Counted from the stretch's first letter, positions 38,262 to 50,989 are shown. The stretch: DNA of 64,000 bases from Octopus vulgaris (GCA_951406725.2 OX597832.1:14570001-14634000); one strand, 5' to 3'. The notes: generated from the letters alone by a model not told the origin. Numbers and translations: made by a program.

Positions 38262-38515
38262 TGTTGTATTTCGGGATGGTCAAGTTGCCAATTTAGTCAA
38301 TGAAAATACACGCATTATTTACTCAGTGTTCGCTTGCTTCAGCTTTGTTACAAATTAATTATATCCCGGTCAGAGTTCTCTCGTCACACTTGTGTGACCT
38401 CGCCAGTGGCTCTTTGCTTTATTCAGTCTCTTTTTGTGTCAATCCTTCCTAACGATCTTCCATTTTGCGTTCCAGTTGTATGCGTGTGTATTTGACCATC
38501 CCCAAATACAGCAAT
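38260..38515. mobile_element. ~255-bp element with 24-bp inverted ends and an internal hammerhead-like hairpin
   Basis: ATTGTTGTATTTCGGGATGGTCAA matches the reverse complement of 38492-38515 with 2 mismatches. Minus strand reads CTGGCGAG-GTCACAC-AA-GTGTGAC-GAGAGAAC. Confidence 0.65.
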
Positions 38516-39693
38516 AGCTGTTTCATCACACAAGTTCATATCCAGAATCATGCCAAACGAATACATAAACGTATATATATATATGTAGAGAGAGAGTGAG
38601 AGAAAGAGAGAGAGACCGAGAGAGAGAGAGAGAGGAAATAGTTAAAACAAACATATTTGCATCTCTAAGTTGGCGTCCACTTTCGATAACTTTAGGAAAA
38701 CCTTATTAGAAAACAATTAATAGAAGAAACTTAAACAAAATTCATCTTTCTTAATATTAATTCCAGTAATTTTGGATCGCTTTATCAAGGACCATTCAGT
38801 ATTGTATTTTATTTCTTGTTAACATTTCACGTAGTAGTGGCCAACGAATTAAGAGTGAAACCTGATGACGGTGTTAACGGTACCAGCAGAAATAGTAAGA
38901 GAGTCAACAGGTAGAACCCCCAGTGGAGGCTTACGGTTGTCATTGATTTCACTAACAGATTGAGGGGTTTGATTTGAGTAGAAGTGAGTTTGCTGCAGGT
39001 TGCGTTTCTTTCTCTGAAAAACAAAATATTATTGGTATTTTTTTCATAGAAGGCGATTTCTCTGTTTAAGTGTGGCTAAGTTTACAGAGAGAAAAAGTCA
39101 TAATGTTTGATTGTTACCTGCACAGAAGACTATAGGTTCACTGTTTGACTGTATTCCTGTATTTTAGGTTGTCGCAAAAATGTTTCTCGCTTACGAATAT
39201 AACATCCCCAATTCCGGAGCATAGAACTGGTGAATTTAGTTTTACTTGTGAACGGTTGTCACCGTTGTTGGAGATTTATTGAAGGATCTTCCATTCCGAT
39301 GTATTTCTCTGTTTAACTTGTCATGTCATGGATAAGGAAAAACATGGTTAGTTGTATTCCATTACTGAATAAGGGTGGTAGTTAATTCTTTTAGTTCATG
39401 ATGTCATGCGTTACGGATTCTTTATGTTTTTTTTACCGTTTTTGTTAGTTTAAAAGAGACATTCTCGTGTGTCTTGAATGTCATGAACAGCGTGGAAGAT
39501 GTTGTTTGAAGTCTGTAGGTTAATAGCAAATAACAATCGCTATTTGCTTTTGATGTTCTGTATTAGACAGTCTAAAAGTAGTTATTAGTTATGGATTATA
39601 TATAATTACAAAATATAAATTTATATCTTGAGTGACAACAACGCTCAAGATATACAACGGACTGGAAAAAGAAGTGCTCTAATGAGCTGTATA

Positions 39694-39892
39694 CACTTTT
39701 TTTATCCGAGGGGAGGCAATGCGAGCAACAACAAAAAGAACATCAGAAAATCCACAGAAAATCCGACATTTAATGTCGGGCTTTATAGATATAAATGAGT
39801 ATATGGAGATCTGTATGTGTTTGGTCATTCTGTGGATTTTCTAATGCTCCTGTGATTGTTGCTCGCATTGCCCCCCCTCGGATAAAAAAGTG
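39694..39892. mobile_element. MITE with ~66-bp TIRs and TA flanks (Tc1/mariner-type)
   Basis: CACTTTTTTTATCCGAGGGGAGGCAATGCGAGCAACAA...CAGAAAATCCACAGAA is mirrored at 39828-39892. TA at 39692-93 and 39893-94. Confidence 0.85.
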
Positions 39893-40016
39893 TAATATAT
39901 AATTATACATTTTCATTAATTCCATTAAGGATTATTTCCAGGTCATTCCTATTCTCTATGCGTTCATTCCTTAAAATGGTGCTATCATTGAGGTAACTAT
40001 CTTCAATTGCCTTGTG

Positions 40017-40049
<33 letters not shown>

Positions 40050-40074
40050 TAATATATATGGAGAGTGAGATTCC

Positions 40075-40940
40075 CCGTTGTCCTACTTATTTAAAAATTT
40101 AGCGTAGGCTCTACGTAGGGCATTGTTTGAATGACAAATGTGGGGCTAGTTCCGTTGACATCGTACCCACAATTGAACGTGTAAGTTATAAGTTTTGGAA
40201 AATGAATTTTAATCATAAATTATTTTCTATTGTTTATTCGTGCATATTTATTCATGCAAATTCCCAGTTCATGCACCGATTTCAATTCTTACTGGGCCCG
40301 TGTATGCCCTCTACACTTCATTGAGCATAGTATGCTTGTATCAAATAACTTGGGATTTTTCAGCATTAAATTGCATGTGAGTGTCCACAGCCCACCGGTA
40401 TATTGCATCCACCGCCAATATCCCCAGTGTTCTCTATCCTCCGAAAGACATTTTTATTATCTACAATGTTGGTTATCTGCAAGTGGTTATCCAATCTGGT
40501 GAGTGCGTGTTTGAGAGAGCCTCTGTGCCCTCTGGAACAACATACACTGTTGCATTTTATCTAGAGGTGGTTCCATTGGCAATCATTGCCTAATTTCTAC
40601 CGTTTAAAAAATCGTGTGGCCACTCTTCAAGCTTTACGAGTATGCCGATGTCAAGCAGCTTATGACAGATCATTCCACGGTTGGCTTCATCTCAGGCTTT
40701 TGCAAAGTTTATATATATCAAGTTCACATTAGTGTATTTCAGACGATACATTAATACACAGAAGTTGTACTGTAAGAACTTTGTTAGACAGATTCTTCTT
40801 GGTTGAAAACCATGCTGCGAGTCATTCCGCAAGTTATTCTTTTCGAGGAATGCAATTAGTTTACTTTCTTCCACAATTTTGCTGATGTGTGAAGTCAAAG
40901 AGACAGATCCATCATTTTCGTCAGCTCTGCTTCCTGTTTG
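40075..40940 (-). mobile_element. CR1/L2-group LINE reverse transcriptase fragment
   Basis: SLTSHISKIVE...DSQHGFQPRRICLT...NLIYINFAKA*D...KLLDIGI...DFLNGR...NG...VPEGT: canonical CR1-type RT motifs with stops. Confidence 0.85.
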
Positions 40941-41658
40941 TAATTTTTTAAATATTTTATATAATTTTATTTCTGAAAAGTATCTCTTGGTTTCTTTTCT
41001 TTTTATAGAAATTTCACCTAAACACCCTACCTTTGAAATCAACTATTAATTGTCAATCTATATACTAATCATAGTCAAGTGGAGACCAGCTGATTAAAAT
41101 TTAGAATAAATTTCTATTATATCAATTGTTGTAATTGAAATGTGGCGTATAAGATATTCTCGTTAAACCTGATTGGCTTCTTGATTCAAATTTGCAAGAA
41201 TCCTTAGTAAGAAATTTCTTAAATTAGCAATATAACAAAGTGTTCTCTAAGAAAACCTATGAAGAGATGTATTTTATCAATCCTACTGTAACCAATTTAA
41301 AATTCAAAGAAAAATATTTTCTTCGTTTTCCCAGAATGTTAAAGTTGTATTACTGCGCACAAACACGAGCACACACGCAAGCACTTACACAGGTACGTAT
41401 GCACTGAGAATTACAGAGAATTATGTCTAATTAATTTGAACCAACTTGGTAACAAAATCTGTTGGTGTTAGATACGAACTTCACTTATTAACAAGAAATG
41501 GATTACAGTGATATATACCGGACCTCGAGAATATGGTATTATACACGCTATGTGTCTCTGATCGGTGACATTTGCAGCATCAATGCACAACAAACAATAG
41601 GCATTTCCTGCTTAATATGATATAAAGTTGCGCAAATAATATGCGATATACATCTTCA

Positions 41659-41890
41659 AGGCGGCGAGCTGGCAGAAAGGTTAGCACACCGGGCGAAATG
41701 CTTAGCGGTATTGCGTCTGTCGTTGCGTTCTGAGTTCAAATTCCGCTGAGGTCGACTTTGCCTTTCATCCTTTCGGGGTCGATGAATTAAGTACCAGTTA
41801 CGCACTGGGGTCGATGTATTCGACTTATTCCGTTTGTCTGTCCTTGTTTGAACCCTCTATGTTTAGCCCCTTATGGGCAATAAAGAAACA
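41659..41890 (+). mobile_element. SINE with a Meta-domain-like core
   Basis: B-box-like GAGTTCAAATTCC; GCCTTTCATCCTTTCGGGGTCGATGAATTAAGTACCAG resembles the MetaSINE core. TSD GATATACATCTTCAA at 41645-41659 and 41891-41905. Confidence 0.88.
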
Positions 41891-42165
41891 GATATACATC
41901 TTCAAAAAAATAACTGTAACCAGTATATTTCTCCACAGCTCGGTGTCAAGAATGGCTAAGAAAGAAATCCAAGTTGAGCTGTTATGGAGATGGTGATGCA
42001 GGTAAACAAAATAGTACAGTTAGCTACGGCATATGTATACACACATGCACATGTTTGTGTATGTGTGTGTGCGATGGGTGACTGTTCTCAATGTCTCCAA
42101 TAATGCATACTTCAAAAGATGCAGTTGTCTATTAATTATATATATTTTTTTCTCAAAATTAAATA

Positions 42166-42328
42166 GGCGTAGGAGTGGCTGTGTGGTATGTAGCTGGCTT
42201 ACCAACCAAATGGTTCCGTGTCAAGTCCCACTGCGTGGCATCTTGGCCAAGTGTCTTCTACTATAGCTTCGGACCGACCAAAGTCTTCTAAGTAGATTTG
42301 GTAGACGGAAACTGAAAGAAGCCCGTCG

Positions 42329-42396
<68 letters not shown>

Positions 42397-42600
42397 CGTC
42401 TATGTTTGGCCCTCTAGCATTGCTTGATAACCGATGATGCGTGTTTATGTCCCTGTCATTTAGCGGTTCGGCAATAGAAACAGATATAATAAGTACTTGG
42501 CTTACAAAGAATAAGTCCTGGGGGTCGATTTGCTCGACTAAAGGCGGTGCTCCAGCATGGCCGCAGTCAAATGACTGAAAAAAGTTACAGAGTAAAAAAG
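42166..42600 (+). mobile_element. Full-length OK-like SINE
   Basis: GGCGTAGGAGTGGCTGTGTGG head, internal (TA)n(TG)n, GCTCCAGCATGGCCGCAGTCAAATGACTGAAA and a GTAAAA-type tail. Five copies in the window. Confidence 0.93.
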
Positions 42601-42897
42601 CATATGTCCGTATAACTTCGTTTTATCACAGAAGCAACGTGCTAGCGTGTTTCTAGATCAAACATGTTCTTGTAGCGGTACATGTTTGGGTGCTTAATAC
42701 GTTTCTTCCGGTGCTCAATGGCGGCATTTTTTCTGTTATTTCTAATTCGTTAGACTTCGACATACTTCTTCAATGGGGCAATGGTTAAACAAATCCTATA
42801 TGTATTAATATTCACTTCTCTGAGTAAGTTTGGTATTGTCGTCAGGAGGAAAATCTAAATCATACTCACAAAATCCTGTCATAGATGATGAACGAAG

Positions 42898-43284
42898 GTG
42901 GAGGCGCAATGGCCCAGTGGTTAGGGATGCGGACTCGCGCTCATAAGATCGCGGTTTCGATTCCCAGACCGGGCGATGTGAGTGTTTATTGAGCGAAAAC
43001 ACATAAAAGCTCCACGAGGCTCTGGCAGGGGATGGTGGTGATCCCTGCTGTACTCTTTCACCACAACTTTCTCTCACTCTTACTTCCTGTTTCTGTTGTA
43101 CCTGTATTTCAAGGGGCCGGCCTTGTCACTCTCAGTGTCATGCTGAATATCCCCAAGAACTACGTTAAGGGTGCACGTGTCTGTGGAGTGCTCAGCCACT
43201 TACACGTTAATTTCACGAGCAGGCTGTTCCGTTGATTCGGATCAACCGGAACCCTCATCGTTGTAACCGACGGAGTGCTTCCAC
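42898..43284 (+). mobile_element. Full-length OR1-like SINE
   Basis: Near-identical to 856-1241. TSD AGATGATGAACG at 42883-42894 and 43285-43296. Confidence 0.93.
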
Positions 43285-46130
43285 AGATGATGAACGTCAA
43301 TTGATGGATATATTGACATGCCATCCAAGCTACCTGTAATGAAATGTTTAAGGTCATATAAGTGGTGACATTAATTCATTGTGCATATTTTTGTTACGAT
43401 TTATTCCTCAATGTAGTCTCAACTTCTGCAAGGCTTATCTTAGTGGAGTCATGACGTTCAATACGTGTGAACATTGGTATTTCATTTTGTGTATACGTGT
43501 TGTAATGTACAGTAACTCATTTAAAATTTTTCTTTGAATGCTGCTAGTGAAACTACGCTTTTTGTTGGTAGATTGATATAGATGCTTATTCCTTCATTTC
43601 TATTTGTTGCAAAGTTGCCAGCTATAACTCTTGATTATATGTGAGGATTCACACTCAATATCCTACAGCAATGTTTCTTTATCAAAGGGAATGTGTGCTT
43701 TTTAACTTCAAAGTGTAAGAGTTTTTTTTTTCCCCGTTTTACTTGTTCATTCCAGTCACTGTAGATTCACATGCTTGCATTTTTTACTAAATGTAATGCT
43801 CAAATCGTTTGAGTTTCCGTAATGATGCATTGAAACAGAATATATACAGATAATACGAGATGCTGTTTTTTATGATGTAAAGATATTGTGGTTTCTCATT
43901 GAAAAACGTATCACAGCATAACCTACCTGTTTCCCGCTACATTGGATAACTATGGAGTTACATCGTTTAAGACTTTTTTATGATATTATTTGAATATGGA
44001 AACATCTTGCGGGTAATATTTTTATATTTTAACGAGTGCAAATTGATAATTCCACATGCTATTGATTATTTCATGTTTCACTTCATATAACTTACTTATT
44101 TTCTACAGGTCATGTTTGTTTAATTTCACATAAATATTATTTTCACCCTTGCTGGACGGAATATTTTGGGCTGTTTACAAGAGTAATAATACTTAGTTTT
44201 TCTGCTGTTTTAAAGGTGTTACTGCATTCCAAATATTACTTTCTTTTCTTTACACATTCGACACTTCTAAAATCCTAATACAAATTTGTTTACAGATATG
44301 TTGTTCTTGCTAAATTATGTGTTTTTATGAAACTTTCTATTCATTACATTTTAATCGCTATTTTATGTATGTCAACGAATATAATTTTTGTTTATTTATT
44401 TCTTTTCCTTTTATTTTATTTAGTATTTTTTTTCTAAAATCAAAATATGTGTCGGGGAATGTGTTCGTTACTCGATAAATATCTAATCTGGAAAAAAAAT
44501 CTATCATCAGCAAACATGTATTACAGTGGTTGTTACTGGTCTTTAAAAGAGTTTCTTACACCATATAATCCCGATATCAAGTGTATGATTAAGGTCCACC
44601 ACTTGTATTTGTATCGTTTAAACTGTCATCGTGTTCTCGTACATGGTTGTCAGGAAATAAAATTATTTTCATAAATATTTATTGCGTCATATTGTTTTCG
44701 AATACTGATACTTTACATATATATTTACCCATACAGTGTACGCTGTTCAACTTTCTGCAGTTCCTTCGCAGAAGTTATTTGATGCCTCTCAGATGTAGTT
44801 CTTGGCTTTCCTACATTGCTTCTTCAAGATTCATACAAAGCGTGTATTTCATAGTTATTGCATTGCTTCTGAAGGTAAAGCTTTTTTTCTTTGCACGCTC
44901 ATGTTCATAAATAGATATGCATTTTAATATCTTTTTCATTCTGGCACAGAAAACGATATGTAATTTTGCAATCGCATAAATCAAACACTATAGCATGAAG
45001 ATTGCATTTGTTTTTTAATTGAGAAAATGCACATAAAATGCATACTTACGTATATTAACTTTCCGCACGAACACACATAAGAGATCACATGCATACATAT
45101 ACACATACACCCGTATACTTATATATTCATCCATACACGAATATGTGTATGTGTTTTTGGTATGTATGTATGTATGCATAGATATATTTATATATGTATG
45201 TATATGCGAGCGTGTATGCGCACGGCTGTGTGGTTGTGTTTATGCATATGTCTGTTTAAATAACCGGGAGAGAGATGTATGGCGTATAGATATATATTTC
45301 AAATAATTATTGCTTCGAATCTTTTAGAAAATTACTAAGATATTGTATGCTGATGTTATAATAAGAATATAAAAATATATTTCAAATTATTTGCGTCCAA
45401 TTTGAAAAGAAATTGAATTAGTTTTCAAATATCATTTTCGTTGAGGTAATTTAAAAAACAAAATTCGCTATCTTACAATCTATTGATGGATAATATTTCT
45501 CGATATTTCATATTTTTTTTCACTTTGCTATTCAAGTAACACTTATCATTTAATTGAATGTCCAGATTAATAATTTACAAAAAATCTGAAAATTATTTTC
45601 ACGTGCTATATTGGGTATGAAAATGACAATCATTGAAATTCAATTATTATTACAAGAAAAAATGAGAATGTTCCATAAAATAAGTTCTGTACACACACAC
45701 ACGCACACATACACATACATACACGTAATATGTATGTATGCTTACGTATATAAGTGTATATCTGGGTATACCCGTTCGTGTGTGTGTGTGAGTGTAAGTA
45801 TAAGCATATATATGGGATACATAGGTGCTTGTGAGTTCGTGTACCTGTATCAATGAGCATATGTATATTGATATATGTATATTGGCGTATATATGTGTAT
45901 TTGTGTGTGACTGCGTTGGTGCTTGTGTGTTTGTGTACGTGAATGTATGACTGTATATGCGTATGTATGTTATTAATGGGAGATGTAAGTGCATGTATAT
46001 GGGAGATTTGAAAACATGCTTAATTGTTGCACTTTCCGCTCAAGAATGCTTTATTCTGTTTAATAATGTCTTCCTTTATTATTCTTCCGATTCTTCTTAC
46101 TATCAACGTCACGCAATGTCGTCCGAGTTA

Positions 46131-46173
<43 letters not shown>

Positions 46174-46289
46174 GAGATAAAGAAAGTGAGAAAGAGATTT
46201 TCTAAAACACCGGATATGTATTTGCTATTTTATGTTTTATACATACACACGCATGTATCTATGTCTGTGTGTATACACACACACACACA

Positions 46290-46340
<51 letters not shown>

Positions 46341-46449
46341 GTATGTGTGTATGTATGCATGTATCTATCTATCTATCTATCTATCTCTATCTCTCTCTAT
46401 ATATACATGTATATACATTTACATACATATGCGTATATATTTATATATA

Positions 46450-46752
46450 TCACGCGATCACGTGACTGCCCAGGCTATCAGATGTTGCTACACATCGCTG
46501 ATCACAATGCACTTCGCATTGTTTCAGCCTTCAAATGACGCCACCCCGCTGGCTATGCGAGCAGGCCAATAGAAGAAAGTGAGAGTAAGTTGTGGCACAG
46601 AGTACGGCATGGATCGCCCCCCCCCCCTGCCAGAGTCTCGTGGAGCTTTCGGGGCTTTTGCTCAATAAACACTCACAACACCCTGTCTGGGAATCGAAAG
46701 CCCGATGCTACGACCGCGAGTCCTCTGCCCTAGCGACTGGATCACTGTGCCT

Positions 46753-46756
<4 letters not shown>
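46450..46756 (-). mobile_element. SINE sharing its 5' half with the OR1-like family but with a different 3' tail (OR2-like)
   Basis: Minus strand starts GTGGAGGCACAGTGATCCAGTCGCTAGGGCAG, follows the OR1-like body to ~46575, then diverges. Confidence 0.85.
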
Positions 46757-46802
<46 letters not shown>

Positions 46803-47149
46803 GCATGCACACACACACACACACGCACACATATATATATATATGTATGCGTAGATGTAGATCAGTGACAAAAAATATCCAGCACCATACATATATATAC
46901 TTACACAAACTTGCAGAAACATACTGGTGGATAATTTTCCTTTTTTCTATATGAAGCCCTGTTTTGGTTTTACTTTAAGCATAATATTTTTATATTCAAA
47001 AAAGTTTCAAGCCGACCACATGGAGAGGAGGTGTCCCTCTCCATTGTGGATGAATTAGAGACGATCGCTATCACTCCAATTCACCGGCTGCAAAATTTGT
47101 TAAGATATTAAGACGATTTAATCTCTTCACACTGCATTGCATTATACAT

Positions 47150-47330
47150 TGTATTTTAACTTTTTGGAAACAACATAATCGTGGAGTGCGGCTTTGCATA
47201 TGTTCTACTGTTTGATCTATGTACATTTACAGTTGTACCAGCGTTTTAAATATGTTGTTCAACTGCATATACATTTGAACTGCAATACATGTTACGCAGA
47301 TCTGTATATAATTTCGAATTACATAATTGG
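47150..47330 (-). mobile_element. Possible very decayed PLE GIY-YIG fragment
   Basis: Minus strand SSNVY...MYIDQNSRT resembles ssNViY...YIGqTsR. Confidence 0.3.
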
Positions 47331-48179
47331 AAATGTCCTCCAAATACAGACTCTTGATTAATTACTTTCATTTAGACAGACGACAGGTTTCATTTAATGC
47401 ATTGGCTTGTAGGATGTTTTAGGAAATATCTGCTTATATATCATCATATTCAATAGTAAAGACATATCATCGCAGTCAGCTTAGCGGTGTCGCTATAAAC
47501 AGTGGATACATTACGTACAATTAAACTTGCCATGTCATCTGTCATTCTACTCAGCATGCGCGGTAATTTCCTTTCTCTAGACTTTGTCATTCGTCTTGTA
47601 ATTCTCAAAATATAATTTGAACACCTGTGGTCTACTACATGCTTACTGGAAGGAATTAAGGAATGTGATGATACATACCTGACTTAAGCCAGCATTATTT
47701 GTGAAGTTCACGTTTATTCTCAACAGAAAAAGTCATCAATAAAGTGGTAATAATGTACGTGTGTTCATATATTAAGAGAGGGCCTCTTTAAGCTCCATAG
47801 AGAACTGTTTGAATATAGAGAATTTGGCTTCTTTTGCCTTAACATTCGCGCATCTTTACTACTACAGGAATGCAGAAACTCAATTTTAGGCAAAATACAT
47901 TTGAATCTATTCCATGAAGTTTTGATCAATGATCTAAAGATATTGGTGGAGCAAGATTAGAAGGTACAAATCAAATTATAAATTGACAAGAAAACAGGAC
48001 AATATTACAGTTCTACCTTCTGTTTATATATTACAGGATGAAGACCTTTTCTTCATGACTCCCAGAAAAGCGGTGATTGGACAAAAGTAAAATAGATTGG
48101 GAAAGTAAAATAGAAGAAGGGAGGAATGTGACGTGTGGACGGTTGTTGATATAGCAACCGGTATGAATCGTGTAGATCC

Positions 48180-48466
48180 TTCATTTTATTAATGGCGTGA
48201 TGGAAACTTTCAAATTCCAGCTTTGGCACGTCTTGAGGTGTTTCTTTATAGAAATGTCTTCTTGGTGGTGCTCCCTATGTAGAACGCTTCACATTTATTG
48301 CAGACTACGTATTACATTACATAGGCCCACGAGCAAGTTTTGATGTCGTTGATGGGAAACGTGGTGAGTGTAAATCCCACGGTACTCTCTGGGGTGTTTC
48401 TGCTCGGTAAAACATTCCTCAGGGATGGACCGGTGTGTACTTCGATGACAGAACAACGGCTGTTAG

Positions 48467-48470
<4 letters not shown>
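48180..48470 (-). mobile_element. Penelope-like GIY-YIG endonuclease fragment truncated at (TA)n
   Basis: FPINDIKTCSWAYVM*YVVCNKCEAFYIGSTTK matches the PLE GIY-YIG pattern (tCxsxnViYxixCxxC...YIGxT). Confidence 0.78.
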
Positions 48471-48498
<28 letters not shown>

Positions 48499-48500
<2 letters not shown>

Positions 48501-48714
48501 GGAGTAAACACATAAATGTGAAACAAGGTGGAAAAAAAGAGTACTCAAATACCAGCGATAGAGTAATATGCTTTATTTAAAGCAGCAGAAATTTCAACAA
48601 AATCTGTTACTCTGAGTTTCTCGCTGCCGTTCATCAGGCAGTTTTCTAACAAAAACTGTCTGATGAACGGCATCGAGAAACTCAGAGTAACAGATTTTGT
48701 TGAATGTTCTGCTG

Positions 48715-48716
<2 letters not shown>
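48499..48716. mobile_element. PLE pLTR-like cassette in (TA)n with a 136-bp palindrome
   Basis: (TA)n on both sides. Arms 48581-48645 and 48652-48716 are near-perfect reverse complements. Confidence 0.85.
48656..48693 (+). ncRNA. Minimal type I hammerhead ribozyme motif (mirror copy on the - strand at 48604-48641)
   Basis: CUGU-CUGAUGA-ACGGCAUCGA-GAAAC-UCAGA-GUA^ACAG. Both conserved boxes are intact, helix I is CUGU/ACAG, helix III is the near-palindromic ACUC-A-GAGU and the triplet is GUA. The base of helix II is an A-A mismatch. Confidence 0.72.
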
Positions 48717-48784
<68 letters not shown>

Positions 48785-48788
<4 letters not shown>

Positions 48789-48925
48789 AGGAATTCACGA
48801 AAATATCAAAAGACGAAGACAAGTGGTGTAGAAAACAAACAGATGTATTAATATAACGCTCCGGAATTGAAAAAGTCTTTAACGTTTCGAGCCTACGCGA
48901 TCCCGCAGATACGAAACACAAGTGT
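48785..48925 (-). mobile_element. Short (TA)n-anchored repeat with a hammerhead-like 3' half (same family as 56178)
   Basis: Reverse complement aligns with 56195-56331; contains GCGTAGGCTCGAAACGTTAAAG. Confidence 0.75.
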
Positions 48926-50559
48926 GTATATCTGTCTAGAAATAAATTTATTCTTACAATGTGGTATGCTTTCTGCCCCAACATATGGCTCCGTTTTCAG
49001 TAAGACAGCTTGGCGTCTCAGGCAATTGTTTTCTACAACTATATCTCTAGATCAACTAAATACCGGCGAGTGAACTTGTTAGACTGAAACCGGAAGACTC
49101 CTCGGAGAGCGATGCTTAGAATTCCTAAGTTTCTCAAATAGGCATTTAAAACTAGTATCCACATAGCTGAGATTCGGTGATCGGAAGAGATTTTTACATG
49201 GACGTAATACCCAAACACACTCAGACAAACCCGTGAACACTCAAACATAAACCCAGACTTACGTACATAACGCATACATATGTGTCTCCATGTGTGAGTG
49301 CATGAGTGAATGAGTGTAAATGTGTTGTTGTTGTGTGTGTGTAAATGCTTCTTAAAAATGTTCTTCAAAATACTCAGTTAAGTGTATTCGGTAATAACTA
49401 TTGAATACACTTTTTGCACTGCTAAAAAACCAACGCATCTGCCAATTATTTTAAATCGTAATTCCCTTTTAGAAGAAATTCATCACCACATTCATGAAAG
49501 CACATCTAGTCATACAATTGTTCCTTATTGTATTCAAACAAAACAGTATATACAACATAATAAAAGGGAACGTACAATATAACCATCAAAATATAAAATA
49601 ATATCATAAAAACTATAAACCTGTAAACCTCAGAATGCACTTGCTTTACAGCACGCAAACGTTGTTATTAATATGAAAGTTGTAAACTATCTGTTTCAAA
49701 CTGTTAATACGTGTACATGAATATGGAAATTCCTTAGCGGTCAGCTATGCTTTTACAGCATAAAGTCATTTATGTACAGAACAATGCTGAAAAAGCAGGA
49801 AAAAAATAAAATCGAAAGAAAAAAGAAAAAAAATCTCGAGGTGGAAATATTTGAGTTACAGAAATACAGCAATTTGACAATAAATGTAGAACAAGGCAGC
49901 TTTGCTGAAAGTAAGATTAGTTTAATGCGTTTTACAGTCGAATATGCTGGTTTTATCAGGAACATCGTCATGTGAAATTTCTACTAAAATCTAAGTACAA
50001 TAAAAGATGGGAGGACATTTTTCGGCCTAAATTTAACATCCTGAAGATCTATAAAATTTGATGGACAAAGGAATGTTATCGCTACAATCTCATGGTTCAT
50101 ACTAACTCATCTCTCGCGAGACTCCGCTCATACAACTATATACAAATGCAAATGCAAATACAGGCATTATTCATGATTACATAAATGCATATGTGTATGC
50201 ATGTACATGCATAAATTCGTACAAAGAATTACATTTAGACAACTATGAATACGTGTGTGACGGCGTTGTTAGTGTATATATGAAAGTGATAAATTCGCTA
50301 CATAATTATGGCATCAAGGTTTCTATCCCATAGAGAAGAATTTAATTGACTATAGACTTTGACCACACATAATTCTGAGTGAAATAGGAGCGTTATAAAA
50401 ACATTATAGAAAAACCTTCGTTTAGATTATGCATTTAATATAAAAGGTACATCATTTTACATAATTTCATGCAGGCAGCAATAGTTCATTGTTTAGCAGG
50501 TATTGCAGATATTACCAACCAAGGCGATTCTTAAATTAGTTGAGTTTATCCAAATCTAG

Positions 50560-50947
50560 AAATACACACTGATAGCACTCCTCGGTCAGGATTTTACATG
50601 GGTCTTGGTTGAGAAGCTCTCCGAAGCAAGCCAGTTAGTTGACTTCCGTCGATTCTCAGATTTCCGTCATGTATATTGTACATTTTGTTCCACTTCACAC
50701 ATTCATTGTAAAAGAAGTGCAGTAAATGGCGCGGCCTCAACGAATTCTGCGTTTTGTTAGCCTAGGCATACTCAGCCCTCCACGCAGCAGATGATAACAC
50801 CAAATCGGGTATTTGCTCAACTGTTCCTCTCCCTTTCAGACAATGCTAAATCACAAGTTCTCTAGTCCTTCTATCCAGGAAGTGGAGCAAAATACGACGA
50901 GTAGGCAACGTTAACTGTCCACCTTAACTTTCAAGGATAACTCTCAC

Positions 50948-50989
<42 letters not shown>

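Noticed and set aside
38855-38900. Hammerhead-like CUGAUGA...GAAAUAGUA
   Set aside because: Helices I and III are not convincingly formed; possibly a decayed PLE remnant but unsupported.
49772-49975. Lys-rich 67-aa ORF
   Set aside because: Driven by an A-rich tract; no domain motif or splice context.
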